Assembly: GCA_964016885.1 (NCBI GenBank)
Contig: OZ024741.1
Location: forward strand, 150,660,001 to 150,724,000
Source: Eledone cirrhosa
Lineage: Eukaryota
Reading direction: 5' to 3'
Length of the DNA: 64,000 nucleotides
The notes beneath the pieces were generated by a model. That model searched no databases, had not been told where the DNA came from, and saw only the letters and a program-made list of their open reading frames with translations. A program made the translations under genes and the position numbers. Positions within the stretch are counted from its first letter, which is position 1. Each line of letters opens with the position of its first letter. This document shows, one piece after another, positions 36,701 through 51,700 of the stretch.

Positions 36701-39700
36701 ACCACTCTCTATACCTCCCTCTACACCACTCTCTCTATACCTCGCTCTGCACCACTCTCTCTATACCTCTCTCTACACCACTCTCTCTATACCTCCCTCT
36801 ACACCACTCTCTATACCACCCTCTACCCCACTCTCTCTATACCTCCCTCTACACCACTCTCTCTATACCTCCCTCTACACCACTCTCTCTATACCTCCCT
36901 CTACACCACTCTCTATACCTCCCTCTACACCACTCTCTTTATACCTCCCTCTACACCACTCTCTCTATACCTCCCTCTACACCACTCTCTATACCTCACT
37001 CTACACCACTCTCTCTATACCACTCTCTATACACCTCTCTCTATACCTCCCTCTATACCAATCTCTATACCTCCCTCTATACCACTCTCTATACCTCCCT
37101 CTACACCACTCTCTCTATACCTCCCTTAAACCACTCCCTATACCTCCTTCTACACCACTCTCTCTATACCTCCCTCTACACCACTCTCTCTATACCTCCC
37201 TCTACACCACTCTCTATACCTCACTCTACACCACTCTCTCTATACCACACTCTACACCACTCTCTATGCCTCCCTCTACACCACTCTCTATACCTCCCTC
37301 CACGCCACTCTCTCTATACCTCCCACTATACCACTCTCTATACCTCCCTCTATACCACTCTCTATACCTCCCTCTATACCACTCTCTATACCTCCCTCTA
37401 CACCACTCTCTCTATACCTCCCTCTACACCACTCTCTCTATACCACCCTCTATACCACTCTCTACACCTCCTTCTACACCACTCTCTCTATACCTCCCTC
37501 TACACCACTCTCTCTATACCACCCTCTATACCACTCTCTATACCTCCCTCTACACCACTCTCTACACCTCCCTCTACACCACTTTATACCTCCCTCTACA
37601 CCACTTTATACCTCCCTCTACACCACTCTCTCTATACCTCCCTCTACACCACTCTCTCTATACCACACTCTATACCACTCACTATACCTCCCTCTATTCC
37701 ATTCGCTATACCTCCCTTTACACCACTCTCTATACCACCCTCTACCCCACTCTCTCTATACCTCCCTCTACACCACTCTCTCTATACCTCCCTGTACACC
37801 TCTCTCTCTATACCTCCCTCTACACCACTCTCTCTATACCTCCCTCTACACCACACTCTCTATACGTCCCTATACACCACTCTCTATAACCCCCTCTACA
37901 CCACTCTCTCTATACCTCCCTCTACACGACTCTTTATACCTCCCTCTACACCACTCTCTATACCTCCCTCTACACCACTCTCTATACCTCCCTCTATAAC
38001 ACTCTCTCTATACCTCCCTCTATACCACTCTCTATACCTCCCTCTACACCACTCTCTCTATACCTCCCTCTACACCACTCTCTCTATACCTCCCTCTACA
38101 CCACTCTCTATACCTCACTCTACACCACTCTCTCTCTATACCACACTCTACACCACTCTCTATACCTCCCTCTACAGCACTCTATACCTCCCTTCACGCC
38201 ACTCTCTCTATACCACCCTCTATACACCTCTCTCTATACCTCCCTCTATACCACTCTCTATACCTCCCTCTATACCACTCTCTATACCTCCCTCTACACC
38301 ACTCTCTATATACCTCCCTTAAACCACACTCTATACCTACCTCTACACCACTCTCTCTATACCTCCCTCTATACCACTCTCTATACCTCCCTCTACACCA
38401 CTCTCTATACCTCCCTCTACACCATTCTCTCTATACCTCCCTCTACACCACTCTCTCTATACCCCCCTCTATACCTCCCTCTACACCACTCTCTATACCT
38501 CTCTCTACACTACTCTCTCTATATCTCCCTCTACACCACTCTCTATACCTCCCTCTCAACCACTCTCTCTATACCTCCCTTAAACCACTCTCTCTATACC
38601 GCTCTCTATACCACTCTCTATACCTCCATCTACACCACTCACTCTATACCTCCCTTTACACCACTCTCTCTCTATATCACCCTATATCCCACTCTCTATA
38701 CCTCCCTCTACACCACTCTCTACTCCTCCTCTACACCACTCTATACCTCCCTCTACACCACTCTCTCTATACCTCCCTCTACACCACTCTCTCTATACCA
38801 CCCTCTATACCACTCTCTATACCTCCCTCTATACCACTCGCTATACCTCCCTTTACACCACACTCTATAACACCCTCTCCACCACTCTCTCTATACCTCC
38901 CTGTACACCTCTCTCTCTATACCTCCCTCTACACCACTCTCTATACCTCACTCTACATCACTCTCTCTATACCTCCCTCTACGCCACGCTCTCTATACCT
39001 CCCTCTACACCACACTCTCTATACGTCCCTATACACCACTCTCTATACCCCCCTCTACACCACTCCATCTATACCTCCCTCTACACGACTCTCTATACCT
39101 CCCTAAAAAACCACTCTCTCTATACCTCCCTCTACACCACTCTCTATACCTCCCTCTATACCACTCTCTCTATACCTCCCTCTATACCACTCTCTATACC
39201 TCCCTCTACACCACTCTCTATACCTCCCTCTATACCACTCTCTCTATACCTCCCTCTATACCACTCTCTATACCTCCCTCTACACCACTCTCTCTATACC
39301 TCCCTCTACACCACTCTCTCTATACCTCCCTCTACACCAGTCTCTATACCTCACTCTACATCACTCTCTCTATACCTCCCTCTACACCACTCTCTATACC
39401 TCACTCTACACCACTCTCTCTATACCACACTCTACACCACTCTATACCTCCCTCCACGCCACTCTCTCAATACCACCCTCTATACACCTCTCTCTATACC
39501 TCCCTCTATACCACTCTCTATACCTCCCTCTATACATCTCTATACCTCCCTCTACACCACTCTCTATACCTCCTTCTACACCACTCTTTATACCTCCCTC
39601 TACACCACTCTCTATATACCTCCCTTAAACCACTCTTTATACCTCCCTCTACACCACTTTCTCTATACCTCCCTCTACACCACTCTCTATACCTCCCTCT

Positions 39701-42700
39701 ATACCACTCTCTATGCCTCCCTCTACACCACTCTCTCTATACCTCCCTCTTCACCACACTCTCTATACCTCCCTCTACAACACTCTCTCTATACCTCCCT
39801 CTACACCACTCTCTCTATACCTCCCTCTACACCACACTCTCTATACTTCCCTCTATACCACTCTCTATACCTCCCTCTACACCACTCTCTCTATACCACC
39901 CTCTACACTACTCTCTATACCTCCCTCTATACCACTCTCTATATCAGCCTCTATACCACTTTCTATACCTCCCTCTATACCACTCTCTATACCTCCCTCT
40001 ACACCACTCTCTCTATACCACTCTCTATACCACTCTCTATACCTCCCTCTATACCACTCTCTCTATACCTCCCTCTATACCTCGCTCTATACCTCCCTCT
40101 ACACCACTCTCTCTATACCTCCCTCTACACCACGCTCTCTATACCTCCCTCTACACCACTCTCTCTATACCACCCTCCATACCACTCTCTATACCACCCT
40201 CTATACCACTTTCTATACCTCCCTCTACACCACTCTCTATACCTCCCTCTATACCACTCTCTATACCTCCCTCTACACCACTCTCTCTAAACCTTCCTCT
40301 GCACCACTCTCTCTATACATCCCTCTACACCACTCTCTTTATACCTCCCTCTACACCACTCTCTATACCACCCTCTACCCCACTCTCTCTATACCTCCCT
40401 CTACACCACTCTCTCTATACCTCCCTCTACACCACTCTCTCTATACCTCCCTCTACACCACTCTCTATACTTCCCTCTACACCACTCTCTCTATACCTCC
40501 CTGTACACCACTCTCTCTATACCTCCCTCTACACCACTCTCTATACCTCACTCTACACCACACTCTCTATACCACACTCTACACCACTCTCTATACCTCC
40601 CTCTACACCACTCTATACCTCCCTCCACGCCACTCTCTCTATACCACCCTCTATACACCTCTCTCTATACCTCCCTCTATACCTCTCTCTATACCTCCCT
40701 CTATACCACTCTTTATACCTCCCTCTACACCACTCTCTCTATACATCCCTTAAACCACTCCCTATACCTCCTTCTACACCACTCTTTATACCTCCCTCTA
40801 CACCACTTTCTCTATACCTCCCTCTACACCACTCTCTATACCTCCCTCTATACCACTCTCTATACCTCCCTCTACACCACTCTCTCTATACCTCCCTCTA
40901 CACCACACTCTCTATACCTCCCTCTACAACACTCTCTCTATACCTCCCTCTACACCACTCTCTATACCTCCCTCTACACCACTCTCTCTATACCTCCCTC
41001 TACACCACTCTCTATACCTCCCTCTACACCACTCTCTCTATACCTCCCTCTACACCACACTCTCTATACTTCCCTCTATACCTCCCTATACACCACTCTC
41101 TCTATACAAACCTCTACACTACTCTCTATACCTCCCTCTATACCACTCTCAATACCACCCCCTATACCACTCTCTATACCTCCCTCTACACCACTCTCTA
41201 TACCTCCCTCTATACCACTCTCTATACCTCCCTCTACACCACTCTCTCTATACCTCCCTCTGCACCACTCTCTCTATACCTCTCTCTACACCACTCTCTC
41301 TATACCTGCCTCTACATCACTCTCTCTATACCTCCCTCTACACCACTCTCTCTATAACACCCTCTATACCACCCTCTATACCTCCCTCTACACCACTCTC
41401 TACACCTCCATCTACACCACTCTATACCTCCCTCTACACCACTCTCTCTATACCTCCCTCTACACAACTCTCTCTATACCACCCTCTATACCACTCGCTA
41501 TACGTCCCTTTACACCACACTCTATACCACCCTCTCCACCACTCTCTCTATACCTCCCTGTACACCTCTCTCTCTATACCTCCCTTTACACCACTCTCTC
41601 CATACCTCCCTCTACACCACACTCTCTATACGTCCCTCTACACCACTCTCTATACCCCCCTCTACACCACTCTCTCTATACCCCCCTCTACACGACTCTC
41701 TATACCTCCCTCTACACCACTCTCTCTATACCTCCCTCTACACCACTCTCTATACCTCCCTCTATACCACTCTCTCTATACCTCCCTCTATACCACTCTC
41801 TATACCTGCCTCTACACCACTCTCTCTATACCTCCCTCTACACCACTCTCTATACATCACGCTACACCACTCTCTCTCTGCCACACTCTACACCACTCTC
41901 TATACCTCCCTCTACACCACTCTATACCTCCCTTCACGCCACTCTCTCTATACCATCCTCTATACACCTCTCTCTATACCTCCCTCTATACCACTCTCTA
42001 TACCTCCCTCTATACCACTCTATATACCTCCCTCTACACCACTCTCTATATACCTCCCTTAAACCACTCTCTACACCTCCTTCTACACCACTCTTTATAC
42101 CTCCCTCTACACCACTTTCTCTATACCTCCCTCTACACCACTCTCTATACCTCCCTCTATACCACTCTCTATACCTCCCTCTACACCACTCTCTCTATAC
42201 CTCCCTCTACACCACACTCTCTATACCCCCCTCTACAACACTCTCTCTATACCTCCCTCTACACCACTCTCTATATCTCCCTCTACACCACTCTCTCTAT
42301 ACCTCCCTCTACACCACACTCTCTATACTTCCCTCTATACCACTCTCTATACCTCCCTCTACACCACTCTCTCTATACCACCCTCTACACTACTCTCTAT
42401 ACCTCCCTCAATACCACTCTCTATATCGGCCTCTATACCACTCTCTATACCTCCCTCTACAGCACTCTCAATACCTCCCTCTACACCACTCTCTCTATAC
42501 CACCCTCTATACCACTCTCTATACCTCCCTCTATACCACTCTCTCTATACCTCCCTCTATACCACTCTCTATACCTCTCTCTACACCACTCTCTCTATAC
42601 CCCCCTCTACACCACGCTCTCTATACCTCCCTCTACACCACTCTCTCTATACCACCCTCCATACCACTCTCTATACATCCCTCTACACCACTCTCTATAC

Positions 42701-45700
42701 CACCCTCTATACCACTCTCTATACCTCCCTCTACACCAATCTCTATACCTCCCTCTATACCACTCTCTATATCTCCCTCTACAACACTCTCTCTATACCT
42801 CCCTCTGCACCACTCTCTCTATACCTCTCTCTACACCACTCTCTCTATACCTCGCTCTACACCACTCTCTATACCACCCTCTACCCCACTCTCTCTATAC
42901 CTCCCTCTACACCACTCTCTCTATACCTCCCTCTACACCACTCTCTCTATACCTCCCTCTACACCACTCTCTATACCTCCCTCTACACCACTCTCTCTAT
43001 ACCTCCCTCTACACCACTCTCTCTATACCTCCCTCTACACCACTCTCTATACCTCCCTCTACACCACTCTCTCTATACCACCCTCCATACCACTCTCTAT
43101 ACATCCCTCTACACCACTCTCTATACCACCCTCTATACCACTCTCTATACCTCCCTCTACACCACTCTCTATACCTCCCTCTATACCACTCTCTATACCT
43201 CCCTCTCAACCACTCTCTCTATACCTCTCTCTACACCACTCTCTCTATACCTCCCTCTACACCACTCTCTATACCTCCCTCTACACCACTCTCTCTATAC
43301 CTCCCTCTACACCACTCTCTCTATACCTCCCTCTACACCACTCTCTATACCTCCCTCTACACCACTCTCTCTATACCACCCTCTACACTACTCTCTATAC
43401 CTCCCTCTATACCACTCTCTATATCGGCCTCTATACCACTCTCTATACCTCCCTCTATACCACTCTCTATACCTCCCTCTACACCACTCTCTCTATACCT
43501 CCCTCTACACCACTCTCTCTCTATACCACCCTATATACCACTCTCTATACCTCCCTCTACACCACTCTCTACACCTCCCTCTACACCACTCTATTCCTCC
43601 CTCTACACCACTCTCACTATACCTCACTCTACACCACTCTCTCTATACCACTCTCTATACCTCCCTCTATACCACTCGCTATACCTCCCTTTACACCACA
43701 CTCTATACCACCCTCTCCACCACTCTCTCTATACCTCCCTGTACACCTCTCTCTCTATACCTCCCTCTAAACCACTCTCTATACCTCCCTCTGCACCACT
43801 CTCTCTATACCTCTCTCTACACCACTCTCTCTATACCTCGCTCTACACCACTCTCTATACCACCCTCTACCCCACTCTCTCTATACCTCCCTCTACACCA
43901 CTCTCTCTATACCTCCCTCTACACCACTCTCTCTATACCTCCCTCTACACCACTCTCTATACCTCCCTCTACACCACTCTCTCTATACCTCCCTCTACAC
44001 CACTCTCTCTATACCTCCCTCTACACCACTCTCTATACCTCCCTCTACACCACTCTCTCTATACCACCCTCCATACCACTCTCTATACATCCCTCTACAC
44101 CACTCTCTATACCACCCTCTATACCACTCTCTATACCTCCCTCTACACCACTCTCTATACCTCCCTCTATACCACTCTCTATACCTCCCTCTCAACCACT
44201 CTCTCTATACCTCTCTCTACACCACTCTCTCTATACCTCCCTCTACACCACTCTCTATACCTCCCTCTACACCACTCTCTCTATACCTCCCTCTACACCA
44301 CTCTCTCTATACCTCCCTCTACACCACTCTCTATACCTCCCTCTACACCACTCTCTCTATACCACCCTCTACACTACTCTCTATACCTCCCTCTATACCA
44401 CTCTCTATATCGGCCTCTATACCACTCTCTATACCTCCCTCTATAGCACTCTCTATATCTCCCTCTACACCACTCTCTCTATACCACCCTCTATACCACT
44501 CTCTATACCTCCCTCTACAACACTCTCTCTATACCTCCCTCTACACCACTCTCTCTCTATACCACCCTATATACCACTCTCTATACCTCCCTCTACACCA
44601 CTCTCTACACCTCCCTCTACACCACTCTATTCCTCCCTCTACACCACTCTCACTATACCTCACTCTACACCACTCTCTCTATACCACTCTCTATACCTCC
44701 CTCTATACCACTCGCTATACCTCCCTTTACACCACACTCTATACCACCCTCTCCACCACTCTCTCTATACCTCCCTGTACACCTCTCTCTCTATACCTCC
44801 CTCTAAACCACTCTCTATACCTCACTCTACACCACTCTCTGTATACCTCCCTCTATACCACTCTCTATACCTCCCTCTACACCACTCTCTCTATACCTCC
44901 CTCTACGCTACGCTCTCTATACCTCCCTCTACACCACACTCTCTATACGTCCCTATACACCACTCTCTATACCCCCTCTACACCACTCTCTCTATACCTC
45001 CCTCTACACGACTCTCTATACCTCCCTCTACACCACTCTCTCTATACCTCCCTCTACACCACTCTCTATACCTCCCTGTATACCACTCTCTCTATACCTC
45101 CCTCTATACCACTCTCTATACCTCCCTCTACACCACTCTCTCTATACCTCCCTCTACACCACTCTCTCTATACCTCCCTCTACACCACTCTCTATACCTC
45201 ACTCTACACCACTCTCTCTATACCACACTCTACACCACTCTCTATACCTCCCTCTACACCACTCTATACCTCCCTCCACGCCACTCTCTCAATACCACCC
45301 TCTATACACCTCTCTCTATACCTCCCTCTATACCACTCTCTATACCTCCCTCTATACATCTCTATACCTCCCTCTATACCACTCTCTATACCTCCCTCTA
45401 CACCACTCTCTCTATACCACCCTCTATACCACTCTCTATACCTCCCTCTATACCACTCTCTCTATACCACCCTCCATAACACTCTCTATACATCCCTCCA
45501 CACCACTCTCTATACCACCCTCTATACCACTTTCTATACCTCCCTCTACACCACTCTCTATACCTCCCTCTATACCACTCTCTATACCTCCCTCTACACC
45601 CCTCTCTCTATACCTCCCTCTGCACCACTCTCTCTATACCTCCCTCTACACCACTCTCTTTATACCTCCCTCTACACCACTCTCTATACCACCCTCTACC

Positions 45701-48700
45701 CCACTCTCTCTATACCTCCCTCTACACCAATCTCTCTATACCTCCCTCTACTCCACTCTCTCTATACCTCCCTCTACACCACTCTCTATACCTCCCTCTA
45801 CACCACTCTCTCTATACCTCCCTTTAAAACCACTCTCTATACCTCACTCTACACCACTCTCTCTATACTACAATCTACACCACTCTCTATACCTCCCTCT
45901 ACACCACTCTATACCTCCCTCCACGCCACTCTCTCTATACCACCCTCTATACACCTCTCCCTATACCTCCCTCTATACCACTCTCTATACCTCCCTCTAC
46001 ACCACTCTCTCTATACCTCCCTCTACACCACTCTCTCTATACCTCCCTCTACACCACTCTCTCTATACCTCCCTCTACACCACTCTCTCTATACCTCCCT
46101 CTACACCACTCTCTCTATACCTCCCTCTACACCACTCTCTATACCTCACTCTACACCAATCTCTCTATACCACACTCTACACCACTCTCTATACCTCCCT
46201 CTACACCACTCTATACCTCCCTCCACGCCACTCTCTCAATACCACCCTCTATACACCTCTCTCTATACCTCCCTCTATACCACTCTCTATACCTCCCTCT
46301 ATACATCTCTATACCTCCCTCTACACCACTTTCTCTATACCTCACTCTACACCACTCTCTATACCTCCCTCTATACCACTCTCTATACCTCCCTCTACAC
46401 CACTCTCTCTATACCTCCCTCTACACCACACTCTCTATACCTCCCTCTACACCACTCTCTGTATACCTCCCTCTACACCACACTCTCTATATTCCCTCTA
46501 TACCACTCTCTATACCTCCCTCTACACCACTCTCTCTATACCGCCCTCTACACGACTCTCTATACCTCCCTCTATACCACTCTCTATATCAGCCTCTATA
46601 CCACTCTCTATACCTCCCTCTATACCACTCTCTATACCTCCCTCTACACCACTCTCTCTATACCACCCTCTATACCACTCTCTATACCTCCCTCTATACC
46701 ACTCTCTCTATACGTCCCTCTATACCACTCTCTATACCTCCCTCTACACCACTCTCTCTAAACCTCTCTCTACACACGCTCTCTATACCTCCCTATACAC
46801 CACTCTCTCTATACCACCCTCCATAACACTCTCTATACATCCCTCCACACCACTCTCTATACCACCCTCTATACCACTTTCTATACCTCCCTCTACACCA
46901 CTCTCTATACCTCCCTCTATACCACTCTCTATACCTCTCTCTACACCCCTCTCTCTATACCTCCCTCTGCACCACTCTCTCTATACCTCCCTCTACATCA
47001 CTCTCTTTATACCTCCCTCTACACCACTCTCTATACCACCCTCTACCCCACTCTCTCTATACCTCCCTCTACACCACTCTCTCTATACCTCCCTCTACAC
47101 CACTCTCTCTATACCTCCCTCTACACCACTCTCTATACCTCCCTCTACACCACTCTCTCTATACCTCCCTCTACACCACTCTCTATACCTCACTCTACAC
47201 CACTCTCTCTATACCACACTCTACACCACTCTCTATACCTCCCTCTACACCACTCTATACCTCCCTCCACGCCACTCTCTCTATACCACCCTCTATACAC
47301 CTCTCCCTATACCTCCCTCTATACCACTCTCTATACCTCCCTCTATACCACTCTCTATACCTCCCTCTACACCACTCTCTCTATACCTCCCTTAAACCAC
47401 TCCCTATACCTCCTTCTACACCACTCTTTATACCTCCCTCTACACCACTTTCTCTATACCTCCCTCTACACCACTCTCTATACCTCCCTCTATACCACTC
47501 TCTATACCTCCCTCTACACCACTCTCTCTATACCTTCCTCTACACCACACTCTCTATACGTCCCTCTACAACACTCTCTCTATACCTCCCTCTACACCAC
47601 TCTCTATACCTCCCTCTACACCACTCTCTCTATACCTCCCTCTACACCACTCTCTATACCTCCCTCTACACCACTCTCTCTACACCACCCTCTACACCAC
47701 ACTCTCTATACTTCCCTCTATACCATTCTCTATACCTCCCTATACACCACTCTCTCTATACCAACCTCTACACTACTCTCTATACCTCCCTCTATACCAC
47801 TCTCTATACCACCCCCTATACCACTCTCTATACCTCCCTCTACACCACTCTCTATACCTCCCTCTATACCACTCTCTATACCTCCCTCTACACCACTCTC
47901 TCTATACCTCCCTCTGCACCACTCTCTCTATACCTCTCTCTACACCACTCTCTCTATACCTCCCTCTACACCACTCACTATACCTCCCTCTACATCACTC
48001 TCTCTATACCTCCCTCTACACCACTCTCTCTATACCACCCTCTATACCACACTCTATACCTCCCTCTACACCACTCTCTACACCTCCGTCTACACCACTC
48101 TATACCTCCCTCTACACCACTCTCTCTATACCTCCCTCTACACAACTCTCTCTATACCACCCTCTATACCACTCTCTATATCTCCCTCTATACCACTCGC
48201 TATACCTCCCTTTACACCACACTCTATACCACCCTCTCCACCACTCTCTCTATACCTCCCTGTACACCTCTCTCTCTATACCTCCCTCTACACCACTCTC
48301 TCTATACCCCCCTCTACACCACACTCTCTATACGTCCCTATACACCACTCTCTATACCCCCCTCTACACCACTCTCTCTATACCTCCCTCTACACGGCTC
48401 TCTATACCTCCCTCTACACCACTCTCTCTATACCTCCCTCTACACCACTCTCTATACCTCCCTCTATACCACTCTCTCTATACCTCCCTCTATACCACTC
48501 TCTATACCTCCCTCTACACCACTCTCTCTATACCTCCCTCTACACCACTCTCTCTATACCTGCCTCTACACCACTCTCTATACCTCACTCTAAACCACTC
48601 TCTCTATACCACACTCTACACCACTTTCTATACCTCCCTCTACATCACTCTATACCTCCCTTCACGACACTCTCTCTATACCACCCTCATACACCTCTCT

Positions 48701-51700
48701 CTATACCTCCCTCTATACCACTCTCTATTCCTCCCTCTATACCACTCTAAATACCTCCCTCTACACCACTCTCTATATACCTCCCTTAAACCACTCTCTA
48801 TACCTCCTTCTACACCACTCTTTATACCTCCCTCTACACCACTTTCTCTATACCTCCCTCTACACCACTCTCTATACCTCCCTCTATACCACTCTCTATA
48901 CCTCCCTCTACACCACTCTCTCTATACCTCCCTCTACACCACACTCTCTATACCTCCCTCTACAACACTCTCTCTATACCTCCCTCTACACCACTCTCTA
49001 TACCTCCCTCTACACCACTCTCTCTATACCTCCCTCTACACCACACTCTCTATACTTCCCTCTATACCACTCTCTATACCTCCCTCTACACCACTCTCTC
49101 TATACCACCCTCTACACTACTCACTATACCTCCCTCTATACCACTCTCTCTATCGGCCTCTATACCACTCTCTATAACTCCCTCTATAGCACTCTCTATA
49201 CCTCCCTCTACACCACTCTCTCTATACCACCCTCTATACCACTCTCTATACCTCCCTCTATACCACTCTCTCTATACCTCCCTCTATACCACTCTCTATA
49301 CCTCCCTCTACACCACTTTCTCTATACCTCCCTCTACACCACGCTCTCTATACCTCCCTCTACACCACTCTCTCTATACCACCCTCCATACCTCTCTCTA
49401 TACATCTCTCTACACCACTCTCTATACCACCCTCTATACCACTCTCTATACCTCCCTCTACACCACTCTCTATACCTCCCTCTATACCACTCTCTATACC
49501 TCCCTCTACACCACTCTCTCTATACCTCCCTCTGCACCACTCTCTCTATACCTCTCTCTACACCACTCTCTCTATACCTCCCTCTACACCACTCTCTATA
49601 CCACCCTCTACCCCACTCTCTCTATACCTCCCTCTACACCACTCTCTATACCTCCCTCTATACCACTCTCTATACCTCCCTCTGCACCACTCTCTCTATA
49701 CCTCTCTCTACACCACTCTCTCTATACCTCCCTCTACACCACTCTCTCTATACCTCCCTCTACACCACTCTCTATACCTCCCTCTACACCACTCTCTCTA
49801 TACCTCCCTCTACACCACTCTCTCTATACCTCCCTCTACACCACTCTCTATACCTCCCTCTACACCACTCTCTCTATACCACCCTCTACACTACTCTCTA
49901 TACCTCCCTCTATACCACTCTCTATATCGGCCTCTATACCACTCTCTATACCTCCCTCTATAACACTCTCTATATCTCCCTCTACACCACTCTCTCTATA
50001 CCACCCTCTATACCACTCTCTATACCTCCCTCTACACCACTCTCTCTATACCTCCCTCTACACCACTCTCTCTCTATACCACCCTATATACCACTCTCTA
50101 TACCTCCCTCTACACCACTCTCTACACCTCCCTCTACACCACTCTATACTTCCCTCTACACCACTCTCTCTATACCTCCCTCTACACCATTCTCTCTATA
50201 CCACCCTCTATACCACTCTCTATACCTCCCTCTATACCACTCGCTATACCTCCCTTTACACCACACTCTATACCACCCTCTCCACCACTCTCTCTATACC
50301 TCCCTGTACACCTCTCTCTCTATACCTCCCTCTAAACCACTCTCTATACCTCACTCTACACCACTCTCTGTATACCTCCCTCTATACCACTCTCTATACC
50401 TCCCTCTACACCACTCTCTCTATACCTCCCTCTACGCCACGCTCTCTATACCTCCCTCTACACCACACTCTCTATACGTCCCTATACACCACTCTCTATA
50501 CCCCCTCTACACCACTCTCTCTATACCTCCCTCTACACGACTCTCTATACCTCCCTCTACACCACTCTCTCTATACCTCCCTCTACACCACTCTCTCTAT
50601 ACCTCCCTCTACACCACTCTCTATACCTCACTCTACACCACTCTCTCTATACCACACTCTACACCACTCTCTATACCGCCCTCTACACCACTCTATACCT
50701 CCCTCCACGCCACTCTCTCAATACCACCCTCTATACACCTCTCTCTATACCTCCCTCTACACCACTCTCTATACCTCCCTCTATACCACTCTCTATACCT
50801 CCCTCTACACCACTCTCTCTATATATCCCTCTACACCACACTCTCTATACCTCCCTCTACACCACTCTCTCTATACCTCCCTCTACACCACACTCTCTAT
50901 ACTTCCCTCTATACCACTCTCTATACCTCCCTCTACACCACTCTCTCTATACCTCCCTCTACACGACTCTCTATACCTCCCTCTATACCACTCTCTATAT
51001 CAGCCTCTATACCACTCTCTATACCTCCCTCTATACCACTCTCTATACCTCCCTCTACACCACTCTCTCTATACCACCCTCTATACCACTCTCTATACCT
51101 CCCTCTATACCACTCTCTCTATACCTCCCTCTATACCACTCTCTATACCTCCCTCTACACCACTCTCTCTATACCTCCCTCTACACCACGCTCTCTGTAC
51201 CTCCCTATACACCACTCTCTCTATACCACCCTCCATACCACTCTCTATACATCCCTCCACACCACTCTCTATACCACCCTCTATACCAATTTCTACACCT
51301 CCCTCTACACCACTCTCTATACCTCCCTCTATACCACTCTCTATACCTCACTCTACACCCCTCTCTCTATACCTCCCTCTGCACCACTCTCTCTATACCT
51401 CCCTCTACACCACTCTCTTTATACCTCCCTCTACACCACTCTCTATACCACCCTCTACCCCAGTCTCTCTATACCTACCTCTACACCACTCTCTCTATAC
51501 CTCCCTCTACACCACTCTCTCTATACCTCCCTCTACACCACTCTCTATACCTCCCTCTACACCACTCTCTCTATACCTCCCTCTACACCACTCTCTATAC
51601 CTCCCTCTACACCACTCTATACCTCCCTCCACGCCACTCTCTCTATACCACCCTCTATACACCTCTCCCTATACCTCCCTCTATACCACTCTCTATACCT

